This document shows, in pieces, positions 15,231-25,369 of a DNA stretch of 41,358 bases; positions within the stretch are counted from its first letter, which is position 1; every line of letters starts with the position of its first letter. The position numbers were made by a program, and so were the translations under genes. Location of the stretch: positions 1 to 41,358 of the IMG/VR virus record IMGVR_UViG_3300045988_043014. One strand, written 5' to 3'. Origin of the DNA: a virus. The notes under the pieces are model-generated. The model saw only the letters and a program-made list of their open reading frames with translations. It was not told the origin of the DNA and ran no database searches.

Positions 15231-17405
15231 TTAATAGCCATTCCAAGAAACGCCACCATAGGTAGCTCTTCTAGTCCCTGTTTCGGTTACTCCAGACCCT
15301 TCACCCTCGGAACTATCAGAGCCACTGGCAGCTTCTTCTTCCTGACGGTCATACCACCACTGATTGACAAGATCATAGAACTCATCAAGAGTGTATCCAT
15401 TACCTTCATCAAAGCCCCAATGAGGGTCGCCAAAATGAATCTTATCATCGACACCCCACCACCAAGTAGCATTCATTCCTGCCCATTCAGCATTAGCAGC
15501 CTGAACCTTTTCGTCCATGACTCGGGTAGCTGCACCATACTGATCGTCAGAAGCATCAATGCCATTGGTCGTATCCGTCTTCTGTGCAAACACAGCTTTA
15601 GGTAGTGGATTGCCATTATAGACACAGTAGTTCTTACTCAGCATAGTATTGAGCAGATACTTAGCTGCATCATCATCCTGTGTGCAAGCTCTCAGATATT
15701 TGAGTGCTGTAGAGCTAACATTAGAGAAAGCATCAGAAGAGATAGGAGCAGAAGAAGTCGTAGAGGGATTATCTGCATCCAGAAGGTCAACGTTATCACC
15801 AGAAGACATAGCTTTAGAAGCAAAGTCTTCAGCATCCTGCTTGAGCTGTTCACTCCTAGACATGTTGTCTCGCCCTTCACAGAAGAACTGGAAGCCAGCT
15901 TCAGGACTTCCTTTGAAGTCACTCAAGGCACGAATAGCCTGAATATTAGAAGCCAAGTCTTTACCAAAGTTAGCTGCAAAGAGTGCTGGATTGTATTCAT
16001 ACAGAGCAATAGCATTAACTACACTCTGAGGATTGCTAGAGTCTCCCATTTCAGATGCAGAAGACCCCAAGATGGCATTCTGGAAAGCATCTTTGTATTC
16101 TGAACGCATCCTAGAGTTAGGCGACCAGTAAAGGACACCAGCAAAGGTCTTTGCGTCTCCCGGCTGAGTCCCCTCTAGCTTTCTCATAGCTGCATCATAC
16201 GCCTGATCTGGAGTACAATAAGTAGCTGCTGCCTTACCATCAAGGTGACGCAGAAGAGCAATATCAGCAGCCTGAGATTTAGCATTAGCTGCTAACTGCT
16301 TCTGATTCTCTTTGATCTTTGCTCTCTTATCAGCTTCTTCCTGCGTAACCAGACTCATACGTCTCTGGCTATATTTAGGATTCAGTAAGTCCTGAGCTTC
16401 CTTAGAAAGACCATTCCAGTATTCATCCAGCTTTGCTACACTCTGGCAACGGAGCATTGTTTCATACTGTTTGTTTACCCATTCGTTTGGTCTAGCGAGA
16501 GCTGTGTCTCCTGCCATACGAATGTATGTATTCAGGTCAATAACATCTTTGACTCTGACAGGTTTCGTACCATCATCATTGTTGGTGATGATAATCTCAC
16601 CACACTTCTTGATACGGTCTGGAGAGCCATTCATCTTTGCAGACTCTTCCAGAAGTCCTTCCATAAAGGTCTTTCTATCAGAGAGCTGTAAAGACATCAG
16701 CATAGAGTTGTTGATCTTTTCCTGAATACCGGACACAAACTCATCATCGTTCTTGTCACCATTCTCTCGCACATATGTAGCCATATCTGCTTGCATGGTG
16801 GCACGACTCATCGTCTCCAGACTCTTAGACTTCTCCGCTACCTTCTGATTGGTAATATCCAGAAGGTCTTGTAGGTTCGATGCCCAGAATCCCTTATAGA
16901 ACTGTTCAACATCATAAGACTCATTTTTGTTATCTTCAAGGAACTTTCTCTTTTCATTCTCATATCTTTCACGTTCCTTATCTGGCTCCTTAACTGGGTC
17001 TTGTGCCATCGTGATCTGATACTGCTGAGAGAACTTCTCAGACATGTACTTACCTCTAGCCTGTTCAATGGCAGCTACGGCATATGGGTTATCTGCAAGC
17101 TGGAACTTCCCATACTTATTGAGAAGTTCGATAGCTGACAGTTTCTTCCAGTCCTCTTCTGTAGCTGCATTGATGAGAGGTTCGACCTCAACAGTCTTTG
17201 CTCTAGCTCGGTCTTCCTCACTAGAAGCATATTTCATGATGTTAGACCCAAGACCAGTTACGGCATTATAAAGCCTATCACCAGCCCCTGATTTAACGAT
17301 GCCTTGAGAATCTACAAGATTCCTCAAGGACTTCTGATAAGTGGCTACTGGCTGACGTGTAAACTGCCTTTGAGTACCCACTGCATTTTGAGTTATACTA
17401 GCCAT
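15231..17405 (-). CDS. Internal virion protein C (T7 gp15-like, 724 aa)
   Basis: Position and size match gp15. LADNPYAVAAIEQARGKY resembles gp15 QDDPYAMEALRVKTGR. Confidence 0.85.
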   Translation of the reverse strand: MASITQNAVGTQRQFTRQPVATYQKSLRNLVDSQGIVKSGAGDRLYNAVTGLGSNIMKYASSEEDRARAKTVEVEPLINAATEEDWKKLSAIELLNKYGKFQLADNPYAVAAIEQARGKYMSEKFSQQYQITMAQDPVKEPDKERERYENEKRKFLEDNKNESYDVEQFYKGFWASNLQDLLDITNQKVAEKSKSLETMSRATMQADMATYVRENGDKNDDEFVSGIQEKINNSMLMSLQLSDRKTFMEGLLEESAKMNGSPDRIKKCGEIIITNNDDGTKPVRVKDVIDLNTYIRMAGDTALARPNEWVNKQYETMLRCQSVAKLDEYWNGLSKEAQDLLNPKYSQRRMSLVTQEEADKRAKIKENQKQLAANAKSQAADIALLRHLDGKAAATYCTPDQAYDAAMRKLEGTQPGDAKTFAGVLYWSPNSRMRSEYKDAFQNAILGSSASEMGDSSNPQSVVNAIALYEYNPALFAANFGKDLASNIQAIRALSDFKGSPEAGFQFFCEGRDNMSRSEQLKQDAEDFASKAMSSGDNVDLLDADNPSTTSSAPISSDAFSNVSSTALKYLRACTQDDDAAKYLLNTMLSKNYCVYNGNPLPKAVFAQKTDTTNGIDASDDQYGAATRVMDEKVQAANAEWAGMNATWWWGVDDKIHFGDPHWGFDEGNGYTLDEFYDLVNQWWYDRQEEEAASGSDSSEGEGSGVTETGTRRATYGGVSWNGY

Positions 17406-17417
17406 TTAGCCTCCGTA

Positions 17418-18101
17418 TCACTGAATAAGTAAATTGGTCTTCCGTAACCTACCATGTTTGTAATAATTCGTATAGTTAGCCATTGAAGGCAGCCCCTGCG
17501 AATTGTAGGTAAAATAAGACCCAGAAGATTTTGTATTTGGACTATGAGAACCCCAGAAGTCGAATGTACCTCCTTTAGCCTTAGCAGCTGCTGCCTGTGT
17601 CTTGTATCCATTATACCCAGACAAAGCAGTAGAAGCCAGAGACAGAATATCGGAGAACTTCTGAGACCTAGAGATCTTACCCTGTTTCTGAAGTTGTGCA
17701 ATATAGTCCTTTGTAGACAGCAGTGTAGTCTCTTTGTTGAGATCAACTTCATTCGACTTTCTGAGATAGTTGTCCTGAACAGAAGCAACAGACCTAGATG
17801 TGTCTGCTTCAGCTGCTCTCATGAGTCTATCTGCTGTTCTACCCCCTCCTGCGTAACCCTCAGCAATAGCAGCATTGACCTGAGAGTTAAGCTGCATTTG
17901 GTTAATTCGTGTTTTAATAATATCGTTTACGGCAGCATCATATGCATCCTGCCTTTCGATTTCGTAGTTCTGAAAAGCGTAGTTCATCTCTTTGGTAGCA
18001 CCTCTAGCCTGAGCTTCTAGGTACTTTGCCTGAGCATTATACTGCTGTCTCATGCCATAGGCTTGCATAGCTACCTGAGCTGCGACTGCCCACCAACACA
18101 T
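17418..18101 (-). CDS. Internal virion protein B (T7 gp14-like, 227 aa)
   Basis: Begins MCWW, as T7 gp14 begins MCW. Gln/Ala-rich helical composition. Syntenic with gp14. Confidence 0.8.
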   Translation of the reverse strand: MCWWAVAAQVAMQAYGMRQQYNAQAKYLEAQARGATKEMNYAFQNYEIERQDAYDAAVNDIIKTRINQMQLNSQVNAAIAEGYAGGGRTADRLMRAAEADTSRSVASVQDNYLRKSNEVDLNKETTLLSTKDYIAQLQKQGKISRSQKFSDILSLASTALSGYNGYKTQAAAAKAKGGTFDFWGSHSPNTKSSGSYFTYNSQGLPSMANYTNYYKHGRLRKTNLLIQ

Positions 18102-18104
18102 AAA

Positions 18105-18563
18105 CTATCTCCTTTCAATAATAAAATGCAAAAGATCTTTTCTGAATGGGTCTTCCCAGAACTCAGCTCCGAGGAACTTCAGATATTTAATATGAAGTTC
18201 ATTCTTTGCATAGACCACATTTGTGATTGCTGGGTAGGCTGTCAAAAGTGTCTTTACGAGATCTTTAGACCACCTAAGAAATTCAATCTTGTGATCTTCA
18301 ACTGCATTAGTCAGAAGCATCCAACCAATGACACCTTTAGAATAAAGACCCCAGTCAAGCTGCTCCTGATACCAGTTGCCAATGCCAAGTAAGACCCCAT
18401 CACATTTGATGACCCTAACATCCTCCACATGAGTAATAAGGAATATGAGATGTTCATCAAAGGGCTTACCAGACACAGCCTTTACTTCCTCATTGTCCAT
18501 TGGTCTAATGTTCTTAGCAAAGTCCCAAATATCTTTTTCTGTAGCTGTGTCAATCGTAATCAT
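18105..18563 (-). CDS. gp13-like internal virion / assembly protein (about 152 aa)
   Basis: ATGA overlap with the gp12-like stop (ATG 18563-18561, TGA 18562-18560). Synteny with gp13. The IRPMDNEEV...G pattern is typical of the gp13/DUF2833-type family as I recall it. Confidence 0.6.
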   Translation of the reverse strand: MITIDTATEKDIWDFAKNIRPMDNEEVKAVSGKPFDEHLIFLITHVEDVRVIKCDGVLLGIGNWYQEQLDWGLYSKGVIGWMLLTNAVEDHKIEFLRWSKDLVKTLLTAYPAITNVVYAKNELHIKYLKFLGAEFWEDPFRKDLLHFIIERR

Positions 18564-20932
18564 ATCGTTCTTGTCCTCTTGATATAGTTCCCTTCCCATG
18601 TGAACCCCATAAGAGACATAGCCGTAGGAGCTTGTGTCTTAATGGAGATCTGACAGTTGTCGTTCTTACTCATAACTGGAATAATCATCGAACCTGTCTC
18701 CATAGGAATAACGTTCATCTTGTTGTTTGTTGCCCCTAAGACTCTAGCAGTATGATAGTATACATACTGAGGTCTGGGGTCTTTGTGACTAACATGTACT
18801 TCAAAGTAGCCAGACTTTGCGAAATTGATCTTCATTCGAGAGATCTGAAGTCTGCCTTCCTCTTCTGCTACAATGCCAGCCGTCCCTCTCTGCTTAATGA
18901 TAAGCTGCGAGAACTGAACATAGAACGTAAAGAGTTCTCCAAAAGTGACCTTCTGTCCTCTCAAGTCTCTATTGATGTAAACATTATCGTTCTTTACGTC
19001 ATTATAAGAGAACTCATAATAATGACCATCAGAAGTAACAACACCATACTTTGCACCAGTAGACAGATAATTGCCATATGCCTTTGCAATATGTAAGTGT
19101 GTCGTGTTGTTAATGTCATCATAGTTGTCATCAGAGATTGGAGCAGACACAGCCTTACGGTCAAGGAAGACACGGTACGGTTCATCATTGTAGTCTTTGG
19201 TGTTGTATGTGAAAATCATTTTCTCCATAAACAATTCACCGTTTCTGACAACAAGCATGTAGAAGGTAGAATCAAAGAAACCACCACCTAAGATAGTCGC
19301 ACCCTTAAATTCCCAATAAGACCATGAAGACTGCATACGATCTTCTTCAGAGAACAGATATTTGTACACATAGATTCTGGAAGTGTTACCAGTAGAGAGT
19401 ACAAGCAGAATATGTTCGTTGTTAGAAGGACACAGTGCATAGACCCCATTAGGGATAAAAGAAGGAATATGTGAAGACACATCCTGAGCATCTTTCGTCC
19501 CCTGAGTATCATTCATGGTGTAGTATTCGTTCAGTGAAGAGAACTCAGCTCTCTTAACAATGAAGTACATTCTTCGACCAGCTCCTACAGGCTTTACTTC
19601 CTTAGCAGAGGTAAATTGAGTAGCTAGAGGAGCAGCTGCGTTCTGAGGTGCTAAGACCCCATCAGCTGCCAGAATGAACTGAGAGTTAGCAGAAAAGAGT
19701 ACCAAGTCCTGAGCAAAGGGTACTGCGTGATAAAGTGTGTCTACTTCATTGTTAGACACAGCTAAATCAATCGGGTCTGTATCCTGTACCTCTACAGCAG
19801 ACCCCATCCAGAAATTGAAGAAAGATGCAGACCTAGAGAGGATAATGTTTTCTCCGCTAAGAAATCCTAAACGATTTCTAAAGAGAAATACATCATTGAT
19901 CTTACCATCAACAAAGGAAGGTTCAGAGTTTGAATCTTCATCCCCTGTGTCTCTATCCTCCCATTCCGCTGGCTTCACAGTAAATGTACCATCGGCATTT
20001 CTGACCATTACATGAGGCATAGTAGCTTTGTCATAACCAGCAATGATGCCCGGTTTTGCACATTCCTTCCAGATGTTATCAGAAGATTTATAAGAGACAT
20101 AGTAGTCATCTGAACCAGACCCATTGTCACCTAAGACCTTTACTGTGTATCCGTCTTTGGCTTCTGTAGGTAAGTTCGTGAACTTCTGAGCTGTATGGAA
20201 GAAACCAAACATACCCAGACCATTGAACCCATCGACACATTTGACAGTCTTAATAGTTACATCTGCTTTAGTAAGGTAAAGAGAAGAGTTATACTTCTCT
20301 ACTGTCCATCCTTGAGCAGCAGCAGCATCACCTAACTGATCTCTAATGTAGTTCGTATCAATCTTCTTTGTGTCTGCTGCATTGTCCCCATTAGGTGTCG
20401 TAAACTCTGCAATCACTTCATCGTTAATAAGAATCTTGTAGGTTCTACCATACTGACCAGATTTAACATTAACAAGACAACTGTGGTCATCCCATTTGTA
20501 AGGAACTGGGTCTTTCCCCATTTTGACCACTTTGTCTCTGTTTACGATGAAAGTATAATCAGCAATAGTAACAAGTCTAAGAGACTTTCTAGGATTAGCA
20601 ACTGTAATATAGGCTTCTCCATCCCCTTCATATTTTACAGTATATGCCTTACCATATTCATCCCAGACCTTTACAGAAGACCCATCAAAGAGCATCACAT
20701 ACTTTTCGTTCTCATCTCTGTTTACAATATGTAACAGAGAGTTAGGGTTAGTAGGTGCAGCTCCAAGATCGCTCACATAGAGTGTCGGGGGTCTTTTCTG
20801 GAGACCAGAAGACTCTGTAGAGAAACCATTGACCTGCTGATCGAGCTGTTCAGGCAGTCTAAGAAGATCTGGCTGCTGAGAGATACCAGAAATCAAGTTC
20901 TTAATGGTCTGTGAAATTCTAGTATTTCTCAT
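18560..20932 (-). CDS. Tail tubular protein B (T7 gp12-like, 790 aa)
   Basis: From the ATG at 20932 the N-terminus MRNTRISQTIKNLISGISQQPDLLRLPEQLDQQVNGFSTESSGLQKRPP closely parallels T7 gp12. The longer track ORF would overlap gp11. Confidence 0.93.
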   Translation of the reverse strand: MRNTRISQTIKNLISGISQQPDLLRLPEQLDQQVNGFSTESSGLQKRPPTLYVSDLGAAPTNPNSLLHIVNRDENEKYVMLFDGSSVKVWDEYGKAYTVKYEGDGEAYITVANPRKSLRLVTIADYTFIVNRDKVVKMGKDPVPYKWDDHSCLVNVKSGQYGRTYKILINDEVIAEFTTPNGDNAADTKKIDTNYIRDQLGDAAAAQGWTVEKYNSSLYLTKADVTIKTVKCVDGFNGLGMFGFFHTAQKFTNLPTEAKDGYTVKVLGDNGSGSDDYYVSYKSSDNIWKECAKPGIIAGYDKATMPHVMVRNADGTFTVKPAEWEDRDTGDEDSNSEPSFVDGKINDVFLFRNRLGFLSGENIILSRSASFFNFWMGSAVEVQDTDPIDLAVSNNEVDTLYHAVPFAQDLVLFSANSQFILAADGVLAPQNAAAPLATQFTSAKEVKPVGAGRRMYFIVKRAEFSSLNEYYTMNDTQGTKDAQDVSSHIPSFIPNGVYALCPSNNEHILLVLSTGNTSRIYVYKYLFSEEDRMQSSWSYWEFKGATILGGGFFDSTFYMLVVRNGELFMEKMIFTYNTKDYNDEPYRVFLDRKAVSAPISDDNYDDINNTTHLHIAKAYGNYLSTGAKYGVVTSDGHYYEFSYNDVKNDNVYINRDLRGQKVTFGELFTFYVQFSQLIIKQRGTAGIVAEEEGRLQISRMKINFAKSGYFEVHVSHKDPRPQYVYYHTARVLGATNNKMNVIPMETGSMIIPVMSKNDNCQISIKTQAPTAMSLMGFTWEGNYIKRTRTI

Positions 20933-20933
20933 A

Positions 20934-21503
20934 TTAGCGCGCCTCCAAAGTCTGTACAGGCTGGATGCTAAACATAGAATAGTCTCCAAGTTCCATTTCA
21001 TACTCTTGCAGGGCAGCCCAAGCCTCCTGCTCCTGAGACAAAAGGTTCTGACCAATACTGTCATCATCCAGTGTCTGAGACTGGAAGATACGAGCAGCTT
21101 TGGCTACAATGTAATCTCTAGCTACTGAAGGCATATAGTCAAAGTCAACAAGACGAATGAGTTCTACTTCAATATCAGAATCGAATGTGTCTGTCTGATT
21201 ATCAAAGTCATAAACATAGTCACCCCTATGGACATATTTAGTACCATCAGTGCCAACAAGATACAGAAGGTCATCCTGCCATTTGATCTTCTTAGTCGTG
21301 AGGTCTCTATTCAGCTTTGTCTCATTAACATGATTGAAAGACCAGCCTTTAGACTGCACCTGTCTATTTACTTTCTCTAAGACTCTAATGGCGTTCTCAA
21401 CATCGACATTTTGAGAGTCTTCAAGAGTATTGACAGGAGCTTCCCCTACAGCTGCCAGCATATCGTTGATAGCTTCTAGGGCTTTATTAGATGTAAGAAT
21501 CAT
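20934..21503 (-). CDS. Tail tubular protein A (T7 gp11-like, 189 aa)
   Basis: AINDMLAAVGEAPVNTLED...VNRQVQSKGWSFN parallels gp11 VNDILASIGEPPVSTLEG...INRQIQSRGWTFN. Confidence 0.92.
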   Translation of the reverse strand: MILTSNKALEAINDMLAAVGEAPVNTLEDSQNVDVENAIRVLEKVNRQVQSKGWSFNHVNETKLNRDLTTKKIKWQDDLLYLVGTDGTKYVHRGDYVYDFDNQTDTFDSDIEVELIRLVDFDYMPSVARDYIVAKAARIFQSQTLDDDSIGQNLLSQEQEAWAALQEYEMELGDYSMFSIQPVQTLEAR

Positions 21504-21518
21504 AGTAGCTCCTTTCTT

Positions 21519-21547
21519 ATAAAAATAATAGCTAGATTCAATCTAGC
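21519..21547 (-). terminator. Hairpin plus T-rich tract after the capsid gene and tRNA-like element (Tphi-like position)
   Basis: Minus strand reads GCTAGAT-TGA-ATCTAGC followed by TATTATTTTTAT. Short stem with a tight loop. Confidence 0.4.
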
Positions 21548-21555
21548 AATAGTTG

Positions 21556-21634
21556 TGGTGTCTCTTTGAGGACTCGAACCTCAATCTCCTATCCACCGTG
21601 GCTTTTAGGTATTTTTCCATTAAACTAAAGGGAC
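21556..21634 (-). tRNA. tRNA-like element with encoded CCA but a non-canonical anticodon arm (possible tRNA pseudogene or tRNA-like structure)
   Basis: Minus strand: GTCCCTT TA GTTT AATGGAA AAAT A CCTAA AAGCCACGGTGG ATAGG AGAT TGAGG TTCGAGT CCTCA AAGAGAC A CCA. Acceptor stem pairs 6/7, the D arm is plausible and the T arm is canonical (GGTTCGAGTCC). The anticodon arm has 12 nt where 7 are expected and lacks U33. Confidence 0.4.
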
Positions 21635-21707
21635 ATATAAGAGGCATATGGTACGAGCCATACACCTCTTTCAAATACTTTGAGTATATCTCTATACTCG
21701 GTTTAAG

Positions 21708-22697
21708 TTACACAGTTGCTTCAATGCAACCCATGTAAGCAGCTTCTGGACGCAGACCGCCATGACCTACAGCGTAAGATGCTGCGATCATATCAGCCTG
21801 ATATTCAGCTCGGCGAGCGCGTTCCAGTTTCAGGTCACGGAGCTTAACCGTACCTACAGCGGACTTATGCATAGCAATGAATGCACATTTGTCTTTGTAA
21901 GTAGTCGGGAAGACATGACCGTCACCCTGAAGCAGACCATCGTTAGCTTCTGCACCGCCCATGGTCAGATGCGGGCATTCGATAATATCGAAACCAGCAA
22001 TACGGAGAATGTTACCTTCCGTAATGGATGCAACACCACCATAGTCTCGGTTAATAGCGACCAGAGACGCAATCAGAGAAGTACGAGCAGTCGGGGTCAT
22101 GAAGACGTAACGTTCAGATTCCGGAACGTAGTTGTTAGACATCTTCGCTTTAATTTCCAGAAGAGCCTGTACGAGAGCCTTACCTTCTGCTTCAGTCACA
22201 CCAATATCAGCTGCTGCCAGCTTTTTGGTGATGATTTCACCCTTACCCAGACCTGTAAGGTTCTCTTTGTTAGCTACAATCATCTTTGCAGCTTCCGCAA
22301 GAACAGAACCATCCATTTTCAGAGCCAGAGCTTCACCCATCTGTTTGGTGTATTCGGAACGTACATCAAAGTGAGACAGAGCTTCCTCAATATCTGGAAT
22401 CATCTGAGAGGTGGTCAGAAGACCATCAATTACGATGTTCTTTTCACCAGTCGGGATGTTCTTTCGGATGTCATCAAGAGACTTACCCGGTTTAAGGTAA
22501 GCAGCATCAGCTCGACCGAATACCGGGAACTGAGCAGATTTACCCGAAGAAATAGTACGGACAATGTGTCTTCCCATAGTTACGGAAGAACGAGAGAAAG
22601 CTGCAAGGGTCTCTCCTGCAAAGACTTTCAGATAAGCGCCAAGGGCATCCTCAGTACCCTGAATAAGACCGGGCTGTGCGACAATTACATCTGCCAT
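21708..22697 (-). CDS. Major capsid protein (T7 gp10A-like, 329 aa)
   Basis: LKVFAGETLAAFSRSSVTMGRHIVRTISSGKSAQFPVFGR and HKSAVGTVKLRDLKLERARRAEYQAD...GHGGLRPEAA closely match remembered T7 gp10. Confidence 0.97.
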   Translation of the reverse strand: MADVIVAQPGLIQGTEDALGAYLKVFAGETLAAFSRSSVTMGRHIVRTISSGKSAQFPVFGRADAAYLKPGKSLDDIRKNIPTGEKNIVIDGLLTTSQMIPDIEEALSHFDVRSEYTKQMGEALALKMDGSVLAEAAKMIVANKENLTGLGKGEIITKKLAAADIGVTEAEGKALVQALLEIKAKMSNNYVPESERYVFMTPTARTSLIASLVAINRDYGGVASITEGNILRIAGFDIIECPHLTMGGAEANDGLLQGDGHVFPTTYKDKCAFIAMHKSAVGTVKLRDLKLERARRAEYQADMIAASYAVGHGGLRPEAAYMGCIEATV

Positions 22698-22739
22698 TAA
22701 ATTACTCCTTTATTGATTAAAAAGCAATAGAAAAATAGA

Positions 22740-23513
22740 TTAGCCCAAGAATGTGGACTGCATTGTCATTCGCTGAACCTTTTCGGTGTATGCCATATCC
22801 ATGCCGTATCGTGGGTCATTCATAGCTTTAATCATAGCATCTTTGCTATTAAAGCCTTTGTTTTCGACCATAGCTGCACCACCTAAGATGCTGCGATTAG
22901 ACGTTCCATATTTAGTTGTCATCTGAGCTTTGTAGCCATTGATGAGAGCGGACAACTGGGTCAGACTACCAGAGTTAATAGTCTCATTGAATGCCTGAAC
23001 ATCGGCTTCACCAAGACCCTTAACGAACTCACAGAGCCGACCATATTCCTTTTCACCGCCAGCCATCTTATAGACTGCATTGGTGAACTCATTGACCTGA
23101 GCTTCAAAGCCTTTAATGAATGCATTAACGACTGCTTCAGGATAGCCAGCTCCTTTAAGAGCCTTCATGGACTCATCAGAGAGTTTGCCGTTGTCTTCAT
23201 ACTCCTTCACAAGGGCATCATAATTGACCCCTTTAGAAGTCAGATCAGACTTAACTTCCTCTTCTGCCTTCTGCTGTTCTTTGACCCCATCTTCGATTTC
23301 TTTGATCTCAGCTTCTGGGGTCTTCTCCTCTACTTTCTTTTCAGTAGGTTCTTTGTCTTTGGTGTCTACCTTTTCACCGTTGTCGGTGATTTCGACACCT
23401 TTGTGTTCTTCAAGAGTATCAAGAGCTGCCTTGTCAGCAGTCTTTCCTGCGTCTACCACAGTACCAGCGTCAACTTCTGGCGTTGGATTTACGACCTGTT
23501 CTTCACCTTCCAT
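22740..23513 (-). CDS. Scaffolding protein (T7 gp9-like, 257 aa)
   Basis: Highly acidic, helical protein located between the portal and capsid genes. Confidence 0.8.
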   Translation of the reverse strand: MEGEEQVVNPTPEVDAGTVVDAGKTADKAALDTLEEHKGVEITDNGEKVDTKDKEPTEKKVEEKTPEAEIKEIEDGVKEQQKAEEEVKSDLTSKGVNYDALVKEYEDNGKLSDESMKALKGAGYPEAVVNAFIKGFEAQVNEFTNAVYKMAGGEKEYGRLCEFVKGLGEADVQAFNETINSGSLTQLSALINGYKAQMTTKYGTSNRSILGGAAMVENKGFNSKDAMIKAMNDPRYGMDMAYTEKVQRMTMQSTFLG

Positions 23514-23545
23514 AATTATTCCTCCTTGTTAGCTTGCTAACCTTG

Positions 23546-25084
23546 TTACTGTTCTTCATTTCCTTTCATCATACCAGCTGTCATCTGAGGAGCTGCTTTT
23601 TCAGCTATTGCTGCCATCTGACTCTGCTGCTGTTCCTGCTGAATCTGTTCAGGGGTCTTAATCAAGTTTTCTGTGTTTATAGAGAGACCATTTGCCATAC
23701 GTTCAGCCATAACAGTCCAGTTAATGACCTGTGCCATTTCTGGGTTCTGGCTAACGATCTGACTGAATGTCATCATCTTATTAAAGTCATGACCTCTGCC
23801 AATAGCAGCAAGACCAGTAGTAATAGTCGGCTCTACAAGACCATCAAGATCTGGCATCTGACCAGTTCCTTCAAGCTGTACCAAAAGTCTCCTTACGAGA
23901 GGCAGCTGAAGCTCCTGAGACAAAATAGAATAGACACCACCTAATGTGTCTTCCAACTCAGATGCAACGTACCTGATTTCTTCGGCAGTTACACGTTCAC
24001 CATTTCTCTGGACTGCTGAGTTAAGCATAAATGCAAAAGACAAGCGGTCAGAGAGCATGGTAACAGTAGAAGCTGCCACCTGAAGATCTGCTCCTTTGTT
24101 AAGCTGAAGAGCCTGTACATCATCTGGTCTTCCCGGTACAAAGCTTCCCGATTTAGCTTTTGCCAGCTTAAAGGGTCTTGTAATACCGTTAGGATTGACC
24201 AAGTAAAGTACGTTAGCACAGATTGCTGACATTTCTACGATAGCCTTAGAGAGAGCTTCAAGAGATCTAAGATCACCAAGATACTCCTCTACAAAAGATC
24301 TGCCGTAAGACTCCCCATCCATCTTCACCATACGAAGCGGAATCCAAGGGGTCTTCTCTTTAGGGTACTGCTGTTCAGTCCCCTTTACTACTTCTCCGTT
24401 CACCTCCTGATAGGAATAGAAAACGTCATTCTCAAGATAAACATGAGTATAGATAGTAATAATATCTTCTGGCTTCTTATCTTCCCCACCACGAGTCACC
24501 ATGGTCTTTACGTCATCTGGAAGTGCTGCATAGGCAATCTTATCCATAGCTACAAGCTGTACTACGTTACCTAAAGCATCTCTCTGGAGAACATAAGAGT
24601 TCAGCTTATAGAGCTTCATACCACCTTCCTTTGGTGGTAAGAAGAGAAGACAGTTGCCAGTAACGATCAACACCTTAATAGCTTCCGCAAGGGTAACTCT
24701 ATATTGGTGTGTCTCTGCGTACTGAATTGCTTTCTGTTCGAGATTAGCTAAAGCCTGTTCAACCTGTTCACGCATTTCAGGCTGATTTGCGAGGTCTGCT
24801 TCTGCATCTTCTCCCGGTGTAAGTCTAAAGAAAGTGTCGTTAGGTGGGAACAGAGCTAACATTAGCTTAGACCCCAGATTGTTTACACCCCTAGCTCCAA
24901 TACTCTGATAAGGCGTATTGAAGGTAGAAGACCCATTAGACCCCTCTTTAGGAAAGAGCGAAGGAATCGTGTATGTAGCACAATCTTCTGCTCTAGTTAC
25001 ATATGGAGAGCGATCAGAAGACAGACGTTCATAAATAGACTTTGCTGTCTCTTCATGATTAAATGTCGTTCCTTTCTTCGCCAT
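23546..25084 (-). CDS. Portal (head-tail connector, T7 gp8-like, 512 aa)
   Basis: RVTAEEIRYVASELEDTLGGVYSILSQELQLPLVR is essentially identical to T7 gp8 as remembered. DGESYGRSFVEEYLGDLRSLE also matches. Confidence 0.97.
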   Translation of the reverse strand: MAKKGTTFNHEETAKSIYERLSSDRSPYVTRAEDCATYTIPSLFPKEGSNGSSTFNTPYQSIGARGVNNLGSKLMLALFPPNDTFFRLTPGEDAEADLANQPEMREQVEQALANLEQKAIQYAETHQYRVTLAEAIKVLIVTGNCLLFLPPKEGGMKLYKLNSYVLQRDALGNVVQLVAMDKIAYAALPDDVKTMVTRGGEDKKPEDIITIYTHVYLENDVFYSYQEVNGEVVKGTEQQYPKEKTPWIPLRMVKMDGESYGRSFVEEYLGDLRSLEALSKAIVEMSAICANVLYLVNPNGITRPFKLAKAKSGSFVPGRPDDVQALQLNKGADLQVAASTVTMLSDRLSFAFMLNSAVQRNGERVTAEEIRYVASELEDTLGGVYSILSQELQLPLVRRLLVQLEGTGQMPDLDGLVEPTITTGLAAIGRGHDFNKMMTFSQIVSQNPEMAQVINWTVMAERMANGLSINTENLIKTPEQIQQEQQQSQMAAIAEKAAPQMTAGMMKGNEEQ

Positions 25085-25094
25085 TTACATCACC

Positions 25095-25367
25095 TTAAAG
25101 GTTAAGACCAGTACCTGTAGTTCCACCACCAGCAGAATCAGAACCATTGCCAATCATAAGACTCTTCTTGCCCATAGCTTTCTTCTTACGCTTAGTAGCA
25201 TCCGTGTCTACGTTTGTATCATTATTCTGAGCATCTGCTGCTGGAGCTGCTGCTGCTCCTGCCGACTGAGTGACAGATGCCGTAGAAGTTCTAGCACCAA
25301 AAAGTTTACCTACAGCTCTAAATGGTGCAGAAATAACTTTACCAACAGCGTGTCCAATACCACCCAT
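25095..25367 (-). CDS. gp7.3-like virion (tail/ejection) protein (about 90 aa)
   Basis: C-terminus KRKKKAMGKKSLMIGNGSDSAGGGTTGTGLNL parallels T7 gp7.3 GRKKARAGGKKSLSVARSSGGGINI. The ATG lies 2 nt after the upstream stop. Confidence 0.7.
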   Translation of the reverse strand: MGGIGHAVGKVISAPFRAVGKLFGARTSTASVTQSAGAAAAPAADAQNNDTNVDTDATKRKKKAMGKKSLMIGNGSDSAGGGTTGTGLNL

Positions 25368-25369
25368 AA

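Noticed and set aside
21640-21707. A programmed -1 frameshift at the end of the capsid gene, as T7 uses to make gp10B.
   Set aside because: No slippery heptamer is visible near the stop codon. The downstream sequence runs into the tRNA-like element rather than an extended open frame.
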